Positions 28,876 to 37,136 of a DNA stretch of 64,000 nucleotides are shown here, piece after piece. A program made the position numbers and the translations under genes. Each line of letters opens with the position of its first letter. Position 1 is the first letter of the stretch. Origin of the DNA: a bacterium (lineage in GTDB: Bacteria; Patescibacteriota; WWE3; 2-01-FULL-39-13; JAACPI01); the NCBI GenBank assembly GCA_009995545.1, contig JAACPI010000001.1, positions 115,698-179,697 of the forward strand, written 5' to 3'. The notes beneath the pieces are model-generated. The model saw only the letters and a list, made by a program, of their open reading frames with translations, searched no databases and was not told the DNA's origin.

Positions 28876-29751
28876 TTGTTCCCCAGTACTATCCCTATGA
28901 AAACTTTAGATAATGCTTTAAATAGGTTAAAAAGTGTGGATCAATCCATTGAAAAGAGATACAAGTTTCTGTTTGTAACGGGAATTTTTTTAGCATTACA
29001 AACCATATTCATACTTTTTTATAGTGACTATGATTTGATTCAAAAGGGGATTGTCTCACAACTAATTATTTTTTTTACGGTTTCCATAATAGTGTTCTTA
29101 TATCCTATAGTATATCAAATTACTTTATCTAACTTGCCTAAAATAATTTCTGTGCCCTTTGGTTACGTTATAAGTAGTTTTTTGTTACTAAGATTTTTTC
29201 CCAATTTAAATATCTTATTTAAGCTATCTTTCTCAATCTTTTCTACTTTTATATTTTATTATCTAGTGTTGGCTACAAATGTTTTTCTAGTTGTAGAAGA
29301 GCGGGGGAGAAATATACCTTTAGTACGGCCGGCTAAAACTGTTTTTTTGTTTATCGAGATCATAACCTTGTTTTTCGTTCTAACTAATACCTTTAAAATG
29401 ATTCTTCCGGGTGCTTTTTTGGAGCTGTCATTTATTTTTCACATGTTTGTTGTTTTTATTTCTACTTACTTTTTTGCACTTCAATATTGGTGGTCACAGA
29501 ACTTGGAGCAGGAGCTAAACAGTTTAGTAGGTAACGAGTCTTTTGTAATTGCGCTCGTAATGGGAATATCAGCTCTCACTATTTCCTTTTTTCCTTTAGA
29601 AAGCTTTTTTAAGGCATTAGCTTTAACAACTGTTTATTATATTTTTATAAGCTTTTTTCAAGCAGTGGCATTGCATAGGGTATATAAAGGTTTATATATA
29701 GAATTCTTATCTATTATTCTAGCTGTAGTAGCGTTTTTGCTTATCTCCTAA
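28876..29751 (+). CDS. Polytopic membrane protein, hypothetical
   Basis: 291 aa with at least 7 hydrophobic helices. Confidence 0.5.
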   Translation: MFPSTIPMKTLDNALNRLKSVDQSIEKRYKFLFVTGIFLALQTIFILFYSDYDLIQKGIVSQLIIFFTVSIIVFLYPIVYQITLSNLPKIISVPFGYVISSFLLLRFFPNLNILFKLSFSIFSTFIFYYLVLATNVFLVVEERGRNIPLVRPAKTVFLFIEIITLFFVLTNTFKMILPGAFLELSFIFHMFVVFISTYFFALQYWWSQNLEQELNSLVGNESFVIALVMGISALTISFFPLESFFKALALTTVYYIFISFFQAVALHRVYKGLYIEFLSIILAVVAFLLIS

Positions 29752-29762
29752 GTAGGGAAGTA

Positions 29763-29771
29763 GGGGGGGGG
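29763..29771. repeat. G9 homopolymeric tract
   Basis: Nine consecutive G immediately 3' of the 28876-29751 gene; rare in this AT-rich sequence. Confidence 0.9.
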
Positions 29772-30213
29772 ATTTAGACCTATAGTAAATACCCTATAGT
29801 AATTATTGCAATATATAACGACATATTATCAACAAATTGTATTCTTGTCAGGTGACACTAGTGCCTGTATAAAAGCTTTTTATATGTGGATAACTGTATC
29901 TCACAAACAAACAAAAAATTTGATCTGGTCGCAGAGTAGGGGGCTATGTGATAATGTCATATAACTATAGGTCTAAATTGTCATAGTTTATATCTTGTAG
30001 TATTGTCATAGTTTTTGTAGGACCCTTGCTAAACTACTTTATTACTCCTATAAATGCTATTTTTATGGATGCAGTATTTATTTGATAAATTTTAAAAAAC
30101 AAATAAAAACAAATAAATAGCTTTTTTTAGTTAGTAGGTAGCTTGGTAGGTCCCCTGATTTTTATTTGACTATAAATTGTGACAATACCTTTTGTCATCT
30201 AAAAAGCTATTTA

Positions 30214-30241
30214 ATGTCGTTAAATATACAGATTACGACAA
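30214..30241. promoter_or_regulatory. Candidate dif-like Xer recombination site (11-6-11 imperfect palindrome with TATACA/TGTATA spacer)
   Basis: ATGTCGTTAAA-TATACA-GATTACGACAA, whose reverse-complement spacer TGTATA equals the canonical dif spacer. The arms are only weakly similar to consensus dif. Sits between convergent gene blocks, about 4 kb from the Xer-like recombinase. Confidence 0.2.
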
Positions 30242-30599
30242 CTAATTTCTTTCTTATAAATAGTAAAAGTATTCCCTACTTTGGGTTTTTATACTTATTT
30301 TAAATCTGCTCGTGTATCCTTTTAATTATGTCTGCTTCCCTATTTTGTTTTTGAGTTCCCTATTTTAAGTGAATTCCCTTGTTATCCTTTTTGAATTCGA
30401 AAATATTACGAAATTAAATTACGAACTTTACGTATTTACTTAGTTCGTATATATTGTCGTTTGTGTCTAAGTGTAAGTTTACCTATCTAAAGCTGCTTTT
30501 GGTGTAATGTTGCTGTAACTAAACATCAATATGGTCAATAAATGCTTTAGGTAAAGCAATAAATCAAAATAATCGTTTTAAGGGGTTTTAAATAATACA

Positions 30600-30625
30600 A
30601 GGTGTTGGAACACCTTTATTTTTTA
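30600..30625 (+). terminator. Rho-independent terminator-like hairpin plus T-tract (orientation favours a + strand transcript)
   Basis: AGGTGTT-GG-AACACCT, a perfect 7-bp stem, followed by TTATTTTTTAT. The nearest + strand CDS ends about 850 bp upstream. The hairpin is about 45 nt from the stop of the minus-strand gene 30669-31364, but its minus-strand flank is less T-rich. Confidence 0.5.
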
Positions 30626-30668
30626 TATTTCTCTGCACTAGAAGCTTAAAACTACCCAAGGCGATAAT

Positions 30669-31364
30669 TTAGAGTTCAAAATCTAAAATCATTGGTAAGT
30701 GATCTGAGATTTCTATATAGGGAACTTTAAAATGCTTAACTTTTATTTTAGAATCCGTAAAAGTGTAATCTGCATAAAGCTGTTTTTTCCCGGGATGAAT
30801 TTTCCAAGATTTTTTATTTCTGGTGGTTTGTATTTTATATTCGTTTACTAAGTTTATAAATCCTTTTTGCTCAAACATTCTTATACTTTCGGTTTGGGGC
30901 AATAAATTAAAGTCTCCGCCAATTATTATTGGATCAGTTAGTTTACTACAATGTTTTAGAATGGTTTTTGATTGCTGTAGTCTTTCGTCTGTGTCCAGTT
31001 TGGTGCCTGGAAAAGCTACTCCATGAACATTTATTATATTAAAGTTTTTATTTTTATAATTTAGTGTCAGGTTTATGGCTAGTCCAATATTTAAAAAGCT
31101 ATTGTCCATTAAAGAGGTTATATCTAAGGTTTTTATAGGTTTTTTAACTAATATGGCGTTAGAAAAACTACTATTTTTATCTATATATTTAAAAACAGTG
31201 TAGCTTTTAAACTCTTGTAAGTATTTGAAGATAACTTTTTGAATATTGTAGTGGCACTCTTGTAAGCAAAAAATATCTGTAGTTGGAGCTAAAGCTTGTA
31301 GAAATTTTCTTATTCCTATTGGGTCGATTTCGTTGTTTGCAGTGTTTAAGAATATAACTTTCAC
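30669..31364 (-). CDS. Endonuclease/exonuclease/phosphatase (EEP) family protein
   Basis: 'IFCLQEC', 'IINVHG', 'IIGGDFN', 'EISDHLPMILDFEL' are EEP-fold motifs. Confidence 0.75.
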   Translation of the reverse strand: MKVIFLNTANNEIDPIGIRKFLQALAPTTDIFCLQECHYNIQKVIFKYLQEFKSYTVFKYIDKNSSFSNAILVKKPIKTLDITSLMDNSFLNIGLAINLTLNYKNKNFNIINVHGVAFPGTKLDTDERLQQSKTILKHCSKLTDPIIIGGDFNLLPQTESIRMFEQKGFINLVNEYKIQTTRNKKSWKIHPGKKQLYADYTFTDSKIKVKHFKVPYIEISDHLPMILDFEL

Positions 31365-31376
31365 AGACGTCGTATA

Positions 31377-31724
31377 TTAAATTTTGCTTCTATTTAAATA
31401 CGTTATGTAGAATTCTAACTGAGTTTTCATGACTTCGTGTAAATTGGATTTCTGTGTTCTATAGAATTCCCCTATCCCTTCTTCGGATACTTCTATTATA
31501 TCTGTATTTTCCTTATCTATAAGTTTTGTGATCTCTACTTCGCTATAAACTAAGAAATTTATTCTAGAAGACTTAGGATATTCATAGTACATACCTATAA
31601 TTTTTACGTTATTAATATTTTGTGCGTCAGTTTCTTCTTCTAGTTCTCGTATAGTCTCCTTTAAAATATACTTAGGGAATTCCTCGTCTGTTATTTCAGT
31701 CTTGTAGTCTATCACTCCGCCCAA
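31377..31724 (-). CDS. Hypothetical protein (TTG start); possibly the C-terminal half of a gene frameshifted at a homopolymer
   Basis: 115-aa ORF containing a Nudix-box-like 'ETIRELEEETD'. Its reading frame stays open about 25 codons upstream, overlapping the preceding ORF in another frame. Confidence 0.4.
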   Translation of the reverse strand: MGGVIDYKTEITDEEFPKYILKETIRELEEETDAQNINNVKIIGMYYEYPKSSRINFLVYSEVEITKLIDKENTDIIEVSEEGIGEFYRTQKSNLHEVMKTQLEFYITYLNRSKI

Positions 31725-31744
31725 ATTATCAAATGTATTTTTAC

Positions 31745-32089
31745 CTATGGCAACATTAGAAGATTTTTTAACAAAATAATAGGAATTTTTTTAGGGTTTT
31801 TGGCTATTGTACTTATACCTGTGGAGTAGCTACCGGGTATATAATAATTTTCTTGTCTAGCCCAAAGGTAGGTTTTATAGTCAGTCTTATTTATATTAAT
31901 CACATATTTCCCATTTTCAAATTCTACCCCAGAGCAACCATAAGACACTCCGCTAAAAGCATTTGGTGATTTTTTAATTATTTCTTCCCATAGATGGTCT
32001 TTCTCGGTGACCTGTTCCTTGTTTAGCTGGGGGAATTTATGTGAAATCTGAAATTGTAGGTTTTCTTGATCCGAAAATATGAAGATCAT
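31745..32089 (-). CDS. Hypothetical protein; possibly the N-terminal half of the same frameshifted gene
   Basis: 114-aa ORF ending 20 nt from the next ORF's start. A T7/A7 homopolymer lies at 31785-31791 in the overlap region. Confidence 0.4.
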   Translation of the reverse strand: MIFIFSDQENLQFQISHKFPQLNKEQVTEKDHLWEEIIKKSPNAFSGVSYGCSGVEFENGKYVININKTDYKTYLWARQENYYIPGSYSTGISTIAKNPKKIPIILLKNLLMLP

Positions 32090-32136
32090 ATTAATATATT
32101 ATCACACCCAAAGGTGGCTAATCGGATTTTTGATTT

Positions 32137-33414
32137 TTACCCTATTATTTTCTTAGACACTATTGGGCCTGCAGAAACCATTCCTAATAATAAAACAATG
32201 GCTATGTACCCTTTAGTTTTATCGGTTTGTGGCTGTTGTTTGACGCCTACATCTTTACTAGTCCCCTGCTCTGTGTTGGGATCTAAGATTTTGGATTCAG
32301 GATTTTGTTTGGTTATACTATCTTTATTTGTTGCTTCTGATTTTATATCGTTTTCTTCAATAATAGTTTCTTGTGTGTTGCTACTTTTACCTTGTTTGCT
32401 TTCGCTAGTAGATTTAGTCTTTTTGTTTGAGTCTTTAGTTTTTATATTCTTTTGTCCCTCAGGTTGAACATTTCCCACGGGAGGAATACCGCCTATTGCT
32501 GGTATATTATCATAAATCGAATCACCTGGATTATCGTTAACAGGAGGGATATTTGGTTGTTCTGTTACTACAACAGGGTCTAGTTTTTGACTTTCATCAA
32601 TACCTTCTCCTTCTACCTTAATTTTAAAAGTAGGGTGGTTAGTATCGTTACTACTAAAAACTATTTCTTCGTAATACAGTTTACTGTCTTTTGGTTTAAA
32701 TTTTATAAACAACGTCTTTGATTCTCCTGCATTTACTGATAAATCGCTGTTTGTAGAACAAGCATCAAAAGTTTTTCCCTCTAAAACTGCGGTATACGAG
32801 TCGTGTTTTGATGTACACTTAAAAGACAAAAAATAGAACTTTGGTGTGGTATTTTCAATTTTAATTTCTTTTGTAACGCTTTTTCCTACTTCTAACTTTC
32901 CAAAATACAAGGCATTTGGTGAATACTTTAAAGAAGGATTATTTGGTAAACCCTTACCTGTAAGCCTAAATGGTATTTGTTCAATTATATTGTTCATTTC
33001 ACTATCTGTGGCTACCCTGACGTAAATGGTTCCAGTTTGATCTCCAGATTTGTTAGGCATAAATCCTAAACCTATACTCCAGGCATTATCGTCGTTACTG
33101 TTAAACTGAACTACTCTGCCTGAGGCATAAGGGTCATAAAAACCATCAGTTGAATTAGGGTCGTAAATATCTATGTAAACATAATTAGGAACATTAGAAT
33201 TAACCGTAGATTTAGGTTTTTTAACTATAAAAATACTAATATTGTTACTTATATTAGAACCATCTGTGGTAATTACGGTATCCTCAAACTTGTAGCTTGA
33301 TGGAGTTACAGTAATATTACTAATACCCGCATTTATAGGGTTAAAAGTACTTCCAATTAAAAATGAACTAAGCACTGAAGCAAGTACGGCTAAAGGCTTT
33401 TTCAATATACTCAT
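32137..33414 (-). CDS. Secreted or cell-surface protein with signal peptide, low-complexity Lys/Thr/Ser/Gln-rich stalk and C-terminal TM anchor
   Basis: N-terminus 'MSILKKPLAVLASVLSSFLIGSTFNPINA'. C-terminus 'GYIAIVLLLGMVSAGPIVSKKIIG' is hydrophobic. Middle region is beta-rich. Confidence 0.55.
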   Translation of the reverse strand: MSILKKPLAVLASVLSSFLIGSTFNPINAGISNITVTPSSYKFEDTVITTDGSNISNNISIFIVKKPKSTVNSNVPNYVYIDIYDPNSTDGFYDPYASGRVVQFNSNDDNAWSIGLGFMPNKSGDQTGTIYVRVATDSEMNNIIEQIPFRLTGKGLPNNPSLKYSPNALYFGKLEVGKSVTKEIKIENTTPKFYFLSFKCTSKHDSYTAVLEGKTFDACSTNSDLSVNAGESKTLFIKFKPKDSKLYYEEIVFSSNDTNHPTFKIKVEGEGIDESQKLDPVVVTEQPNIPPVNDNPGDSIYDNIPAIGGIPPVGNVQPEGQKNIKTKDSNKKTKSTSESKQGKSSNTQETIIEENDIKSEATNKDSITKQNPESKILDPNTEQGTSKDVGVKQQPQTDKTKGYIAIVLLLGMVSAGPIVSKKIIG

Positions 33415-33510
33415 ATATGTGTATTATACCATATTTAGAGTAATGAGTATACTATGGGTTATGTAAGATGCTTTATTTGTAATGTTTAACTAGCAGGGGT
33501 GGGTATTAAT

Positions 33511-34281
33511 CTAGTTTGTTTTAGTAAGTTTTTTATATAGATTTAGTGTAGTTAAGGATGTTAAAATTCCAATAAAAAGTGAGTAAAAGGTTACAAACAT
33601 TGACCAGGTTCCAAAGTATTCTCTTTCGTAAGATTTAACTACAAAACTTTTATATAAAATACCGCCTATATCTATCCAGGCAGGGATATTAACTACCAAA
33701 ATAAAAAATCCAAAAAACAGTACAGTTTTAAAATTATTCTTAACTAACCTAAAACTTTTTAATACAGAATGCTTTGCCGAAATTTTTTCGTTTATAACTA
33801 TTGCTGTGGTAAAGGTATTAATTAAAAGCCAGCTTAGTGTGCTAAGTGAAAAAATGGTCCCAAATAAACCCAATTGTACTGTGGTTAAATTTTGGTAGGC
33901 CCCCGCCAAATTTTTATTTGTACTAAAAACTAGCCAGGCTATGAATATTACTAAAAAACTGGCCAAAACACCTGCAAATATAATAACGTTTGCCCAGAGG
34001 TATTTAAGATACAGTCTGACTTTAACTACAACTTTTTTATCTAGTGATATCTCATTTAATTTTATTAAAAGAATTAACCCTAGGTAAAGGCTAAATAGTG
34101 TTGAGGTTAAGGTGTATAGAGATGCTAATATGTCTGATCCGGTAGCCAGCAAAAAATTGTTCTGCATCAAATAATCAAAAATATCAAAAAACAGTAAAGC
34201 TAATACAACTTTTTGGATCTGTTTATAATCCTTTAGTATTTGATCTACCGACTTGTTAAACAAGGAAAATACTGTTTTCAT
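33511..34281 (-). CDS. Polytopic membrane protein, hypothetical
   Basis: 256 aa with multiple hydrophobic helices. Confidence 0.5.
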   Translation of the reverse strand: MKTVFSLFNKSVDQILKDYKQIQKVVLALLFFDIFDYLMQNNFLLATGSDILASLYTLTSTLFSLYLGLILLIKLNEISLDKKVVVKVRLYLKYLWANVIIFAGVLASFLVIFIAWLVFSTNKNLAGAYQNLTTVQLGLFGTIFSLSTLSWLLINTFTTAIVINEKISAKHSVLKSFRLVKNNFKTVLFFGFFILVVNIPAWIDIGGILYKSFVVKSYEREYFGTWSMFVTFYSLFIGILTSLTTLNLYKKLTKTN

Positions 34282-34381
34282 TCCCTAAATTATAGCATTT
34301 AAATATTATCCTCTGTATTGGGTAAACTCTAAACGTCGTTAAATATTGACTAATCCCCTACTTACTTTTAAACTTGTTTTA

Positions 34382-35365
34382 ATGCCAAATCTTAACAGCT
34401 TAATAGCTGGTTTTTTACAACACGCCGAGGTGGAGCGTAATTTATCTCAGGGTACTATAAAGATGTACCATATGTATCTAGATAAATTTGAGGAGTTTAG
34501 CAAAGATCACTTACATAAAAAGGAGCTAACCGAAAAAGATATTGATAAAGACTTAATTACCGCCTACAGAATCTACCTGAACCGTAAAACTTCTGAGACC
34601 AACCCCACAGAAACCTTGAGTAAGGCTACTCAAAATTGTTTTTTAATAGGTCTTAGGTCGTTTTTAAAATATTTATCGGTACAAAAAGATTTAAAATCTT
34701 TAGATGCTAACAAAATAACATTAGCAAAAACTGGTGACAGGGTACCTAAATTTTTAACGAAAGAAGATTTAGAACGATTATTTAGTAGGCAAAACGTTAG
34801 TAAGCGATCCGGTCTTAGAGATCGGGCTATTTTAGAGCTTTTATATTCCACCGGCCTCAGGGTTAGTGAATTAACAGCTCTAAATCTAACTGATCTCAGC
34901 CCCCAAGTACTAGAAAGTAAGGAATTTACTGTAATAGGTAAAGGAAGAAAAGCTAGAACGGTTTACTTAACGGACCCGGCTGTAAATTGGTTAAAAAGAT
35001 ACTTGTCTATTAGAAAAGATCCGTTTAAACCCTTATTTGTTAGGTACAGCGGTAAAAGTATGGACCTAAACGATGCCGACGGTAAAAGTTTAAGGTTAAC
35101 GCCTAGAAGCGTGCAAAGAATGATTAAAAAATACTCGGTACAGGCGGGTATCGCTGTAGATGTTACGCCTCATGTTTTAAGACACAGTTTTGCCACACAT
35201 ATTCTAAAAAAAGGGGCAGATATTAGAAGTGTGCAAGAGCTTCTAGGGCACAGCAATATTAGTACAACCCAAATATACACTCACTTAACAAATCAAGACT
35301 TAAAAAAGACCCATCAAAAGTTTCATAACGATACACACGACTCCGCCACATCTAGTATTCTTTAG
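34382..35365 (+). CDS. Tyrosine site-specific recombinase, XerC/XerD-like
   Basis: N-terminal SAM-like domain 'LIAGFLQHAEVERNLSQGTIKMYHMYLDKF', 'LRDRAILELLYSTGLRVSELTALNL', catalytic 'HVLRHSFATHIL…GHSNISTTQIYTHL'. The ORF track starts at 34346; the Met at 34382 aligns better with the Xer N-terminus. Confidence 0.8.
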   Translation: MPNLNSLIAGFLQHAEVERNLSQGTIKMYHMYLDKFEEFSKDHLHKKELTEKDIDKDLITAYRIYLNRKTSETNPTETLSKATQNCFLIGLRSFLKYLSVQKDLKSLDANKITLAKTGDRVPKFLTKEDLERLFSRQNVSKRSGLRDRAILELLYSTGLRVSELTALNLTDLSPQVLESKEFTVIGKGRKARTVYLTDPAVNWLKRYLSIRKDPFKPLFVRYSGKSMDLNDADGKSLRLTPRSVQRMIKKYSVQAGIAVDVTPHVLRHSFATHILKKGADIRSVQELLGHSNISTTQIYTHLTNQDLKKTHQKFHNDTHDSATSSIL

Positions 35366-35444
35366 ATTCATCCTACGCTTTTAATTAGTTGTTGACTATC
35401 GATGTATAGTTTATATACTTTAATATAATTAAAAAGTTATTTAA

Positions 35445-36209
35445 GTGACAATGAGTGATAGTTTATTAACAATAAAAGAATCTGCAGCTTACTTAAAAGT
35501 TCACTGGCAAAGTGTAAGAACTTATATAAAAAACGGGACACTCCCCTACTCTAAAATTGGTAAAAATATTCGTATTAAAAAAAGTGATTTAGATAATTTT
35601 ATTTCTGGTAAAAAACAAATTAAGTCTTTTGAGGTGGATACTTGGTATAAAGTGGCCGATATAAAAGATATTCAGGGTAAGTTGCTAAACTTAAATGCCA
35701 AAGTCGCTTATTCTGCAAATATTATTGATCACTGGTTTTGTCCCTTAAACGTCTCTAGTTTAAAAGAAAATTCTGTGTTTTATGAGAACTCAAAAGGGTT
35801 TGGTTTAAGGATAAGAGAATTAAGTAATGACTTGCTAGGAAGTAAGGTTTCTATTGATGTAAAAAAACAGACAGAGGAAGGTGGTTATCATGACCACAGA
35901 GTAGTGTTTGAAACTAATATGTCGGTTAGTTCTTATAATTCTGCAAAAGCCTTATTAAAGGCCATGGGTCAAAAGGAGTTTTGCACAGTTTACAGAGATA
36001 GAACTATGTATCAACTAAATGGTTTAAAAATTAGTGTAGAAAACATTAAAGAGTTGGGTATGTTTATAGATATTGGGATAACAAGAATTAGCGAAACCGA
36101 GGGTATTAAGGAGATTAATAATCTGGCTAACAAACTTAACTTAAAAGAATCTCAAAAATTAGATAAAAGCATTGGTTATTTGGCTATTCAAAAAATGTCA
36201 CATTTTTAA
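35445..36209 (+). CDS. Excisionase-family HTH DNA-binding domain fused to a CYTH-like (CyaB/ThiTPase triphosphate-tunnel) domain
   Basis: N-terminal 'LLTIKESAAYLKVHWQSVRTYIKNGTLPYSKIGKNIRIKKSDLDNFI' is an excisionase-type HTH. Downstream 'FEVDTWYKV' (ExExK-like), 'GFGLRIRE' (RxR) and 'FIDIGITRISETE' resemble CYTH motifs (moderate). Confidence 0.45.
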   Translation: MTMSDSLLTIKESAAYLKVHWQSVRTYIKNGTLPYSKIGKNIRIKKSDLDNFISGKKQIKSFEVDTWYKVADIKDIQGKLLNLNAKVAYSANIIDHWFCPLNVSSLKENSVFYENSKGFGLRIRELSNDLLGSKVSIDVKKQTEEGGYHDHRVVFETNMSVSSYNSAKALLKAMGQKEFCTVYRDRTMYQLNGLKISVENIKELGMFIDIGITRISETEGIKEINNLANKLNLKESQKLDKSIGYLAIQKMSHF

Positions 36210-36210
36210 T

Positions 36211-36666
36211 ATGCATAAGAAATTTCTAATGACAACGCGAACTAAGCAAAGATTAGATTCTGACCTTATTCGACTTAAAAACAGGTTAAGTGAGGTATTG
36301 CTAGAAATGGGCGACGCTGCTAAAAATAACCCAGATTTACGCGAGAACTTTGCCTATATGGAGAGTGAACGAGATAGCGAGTATATAAAGGGTAGAATAA
36401 TGGAAATTAGAGAAAAAATAGCCTTTTCTAAAATAATAAATCCTGTATTAGGTACTAAAAAAATTAAAATTGGCAGTAAAGTTACTATAAAATTTTTAAA
36501 AACTGGGGAAAAAGTAACCTATACTATTTTAGGAGAAGAGGATGCTTTAACAAAACCGGGAGAGTGGTTAAATTATAAATCTCGTTTGGGTCAGGTACTG
36601 CTAGATAGGTTAGAAGAAGAACTGGAATTTAATGATTCTAAAATAAAGGTTTTAAAGATACATTAA
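36211..36666 (+). CDS. greA: Transcription elongation factor GreA
   Basis: N-terminal coiled coil with 'RENFAYMESERD', C-terminal FKBP-like 'IGSKVTIKFLKTGEKVTYTILGEEDA…GEWLNYKSRLGQVLL'. Start set at the first ATG after the upstream stop. Confidence 0.8.
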   Translation: MHKKFLMTTRTKQRLDSDLIRLKNRLSEVLLEMGDAAKNNPDLRENFAYMESERDSEYIKGRIMEIREKIAFSKIINPVLGTKKIKIGSKVTIKFLKTGEKVTYTILGEEDALTKPGEWLNYKSRLGQVLLDRLEEELEFNDSKIKVLKIH

Positions 36667-36695
36667 AATTAATTTATACTATTTTAGGGCTAGTA

Positions 36696-37136
36696 TTAGC
36701 TTCCTACTTGGCAGGAGTAATCACACAATCCAATTCTTTGGCTCATTAAATTGTAAGTTTCCCTTACTAACATAAATCCCATAGCCCATTCTTCAAAGTC
36801 TTCAGTACTGACTTCTATCCCCATTGCCCTTAGCTCCTCAAATAGCTGTGGGCACTGTGTGTGGAAGAAGGCGGGGTCAAAAATAGTAGCCACAGTATTT
36901 TCTACAGTTCTTCTGTTTGCTTGTCTACTTGCGTTCCAATTTAAAAATTGGCACGCGTAAGACATCCCTGAGAGGAACTCAGTTTTTATCAAAACGTTAA
37001 TAGGGTCTTCTTTTTCAGTGATTATGCCTTGTTCTATGAGAGATTTTGTTAAAAAGGGTAGTGATCTGCTAAAAATGGAAAGAGTTTCACATAAATCTTT
37101 AGGGCTATCTAGATTTTCTTGCAATGTTGTTTGCAT
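36696..37136 (-). CDS. Hypothetical protein
   Basis: ORF 36696-37181 trimmed to the internal Met to reduce overlap with rnhB. No recognisable domain. Confidence 0.35.
   Translation of the reverse strand: MQTTLQENLDSPKDLCETLSIFSRSLPFLTKSLIEQGIITEKEDPINVLIKTEFLSGMSYACQFLNWNASRQANRRTVENTVATIFDPAFFHTQCPQLFEELRAMGIEVSTEDFEEWAMGFMLVRETYNLMSQRIGLCDYSCQVGS

Larger units (their letters stand above)
29752..30668. other. About 0.9-kb non-coding, AT-rich, repeat-dense region at a convergent-transcription point; candidate ncRNA, regulatory or terminus-associated region
   Basis: No ORF of 60 aa or more on either strand. Contains a G9 tract (29763-29771), a 12-bp inverted repeat TAGACCTATAGT (29775-29786 and 29964-29975), tandem ATTGTCATAGTTT (29978-29990 and 30004-30016), five to seven TTGTC(A/G)T motifs, a perfect DnaA-box 9-mer TGTGGATAA (29885-29893), an 11-6-11 palindrome (30214-30241) and a + strand hairpin-plus-T-run (30600-30625). 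Confidence 0.6.

Noticed and set aside
29752-30668. Chromosomal replication origin (oriC) because of a perfect DnaA box TGTGGATAA and AT-rich repeats
   Set aside because: Only one perfect box (one further 1-mismatch box). No dnaA or dnaN nearby. Gene orientation converges rather than diverges here, which fits a terminus or regulatory region better than an origin.
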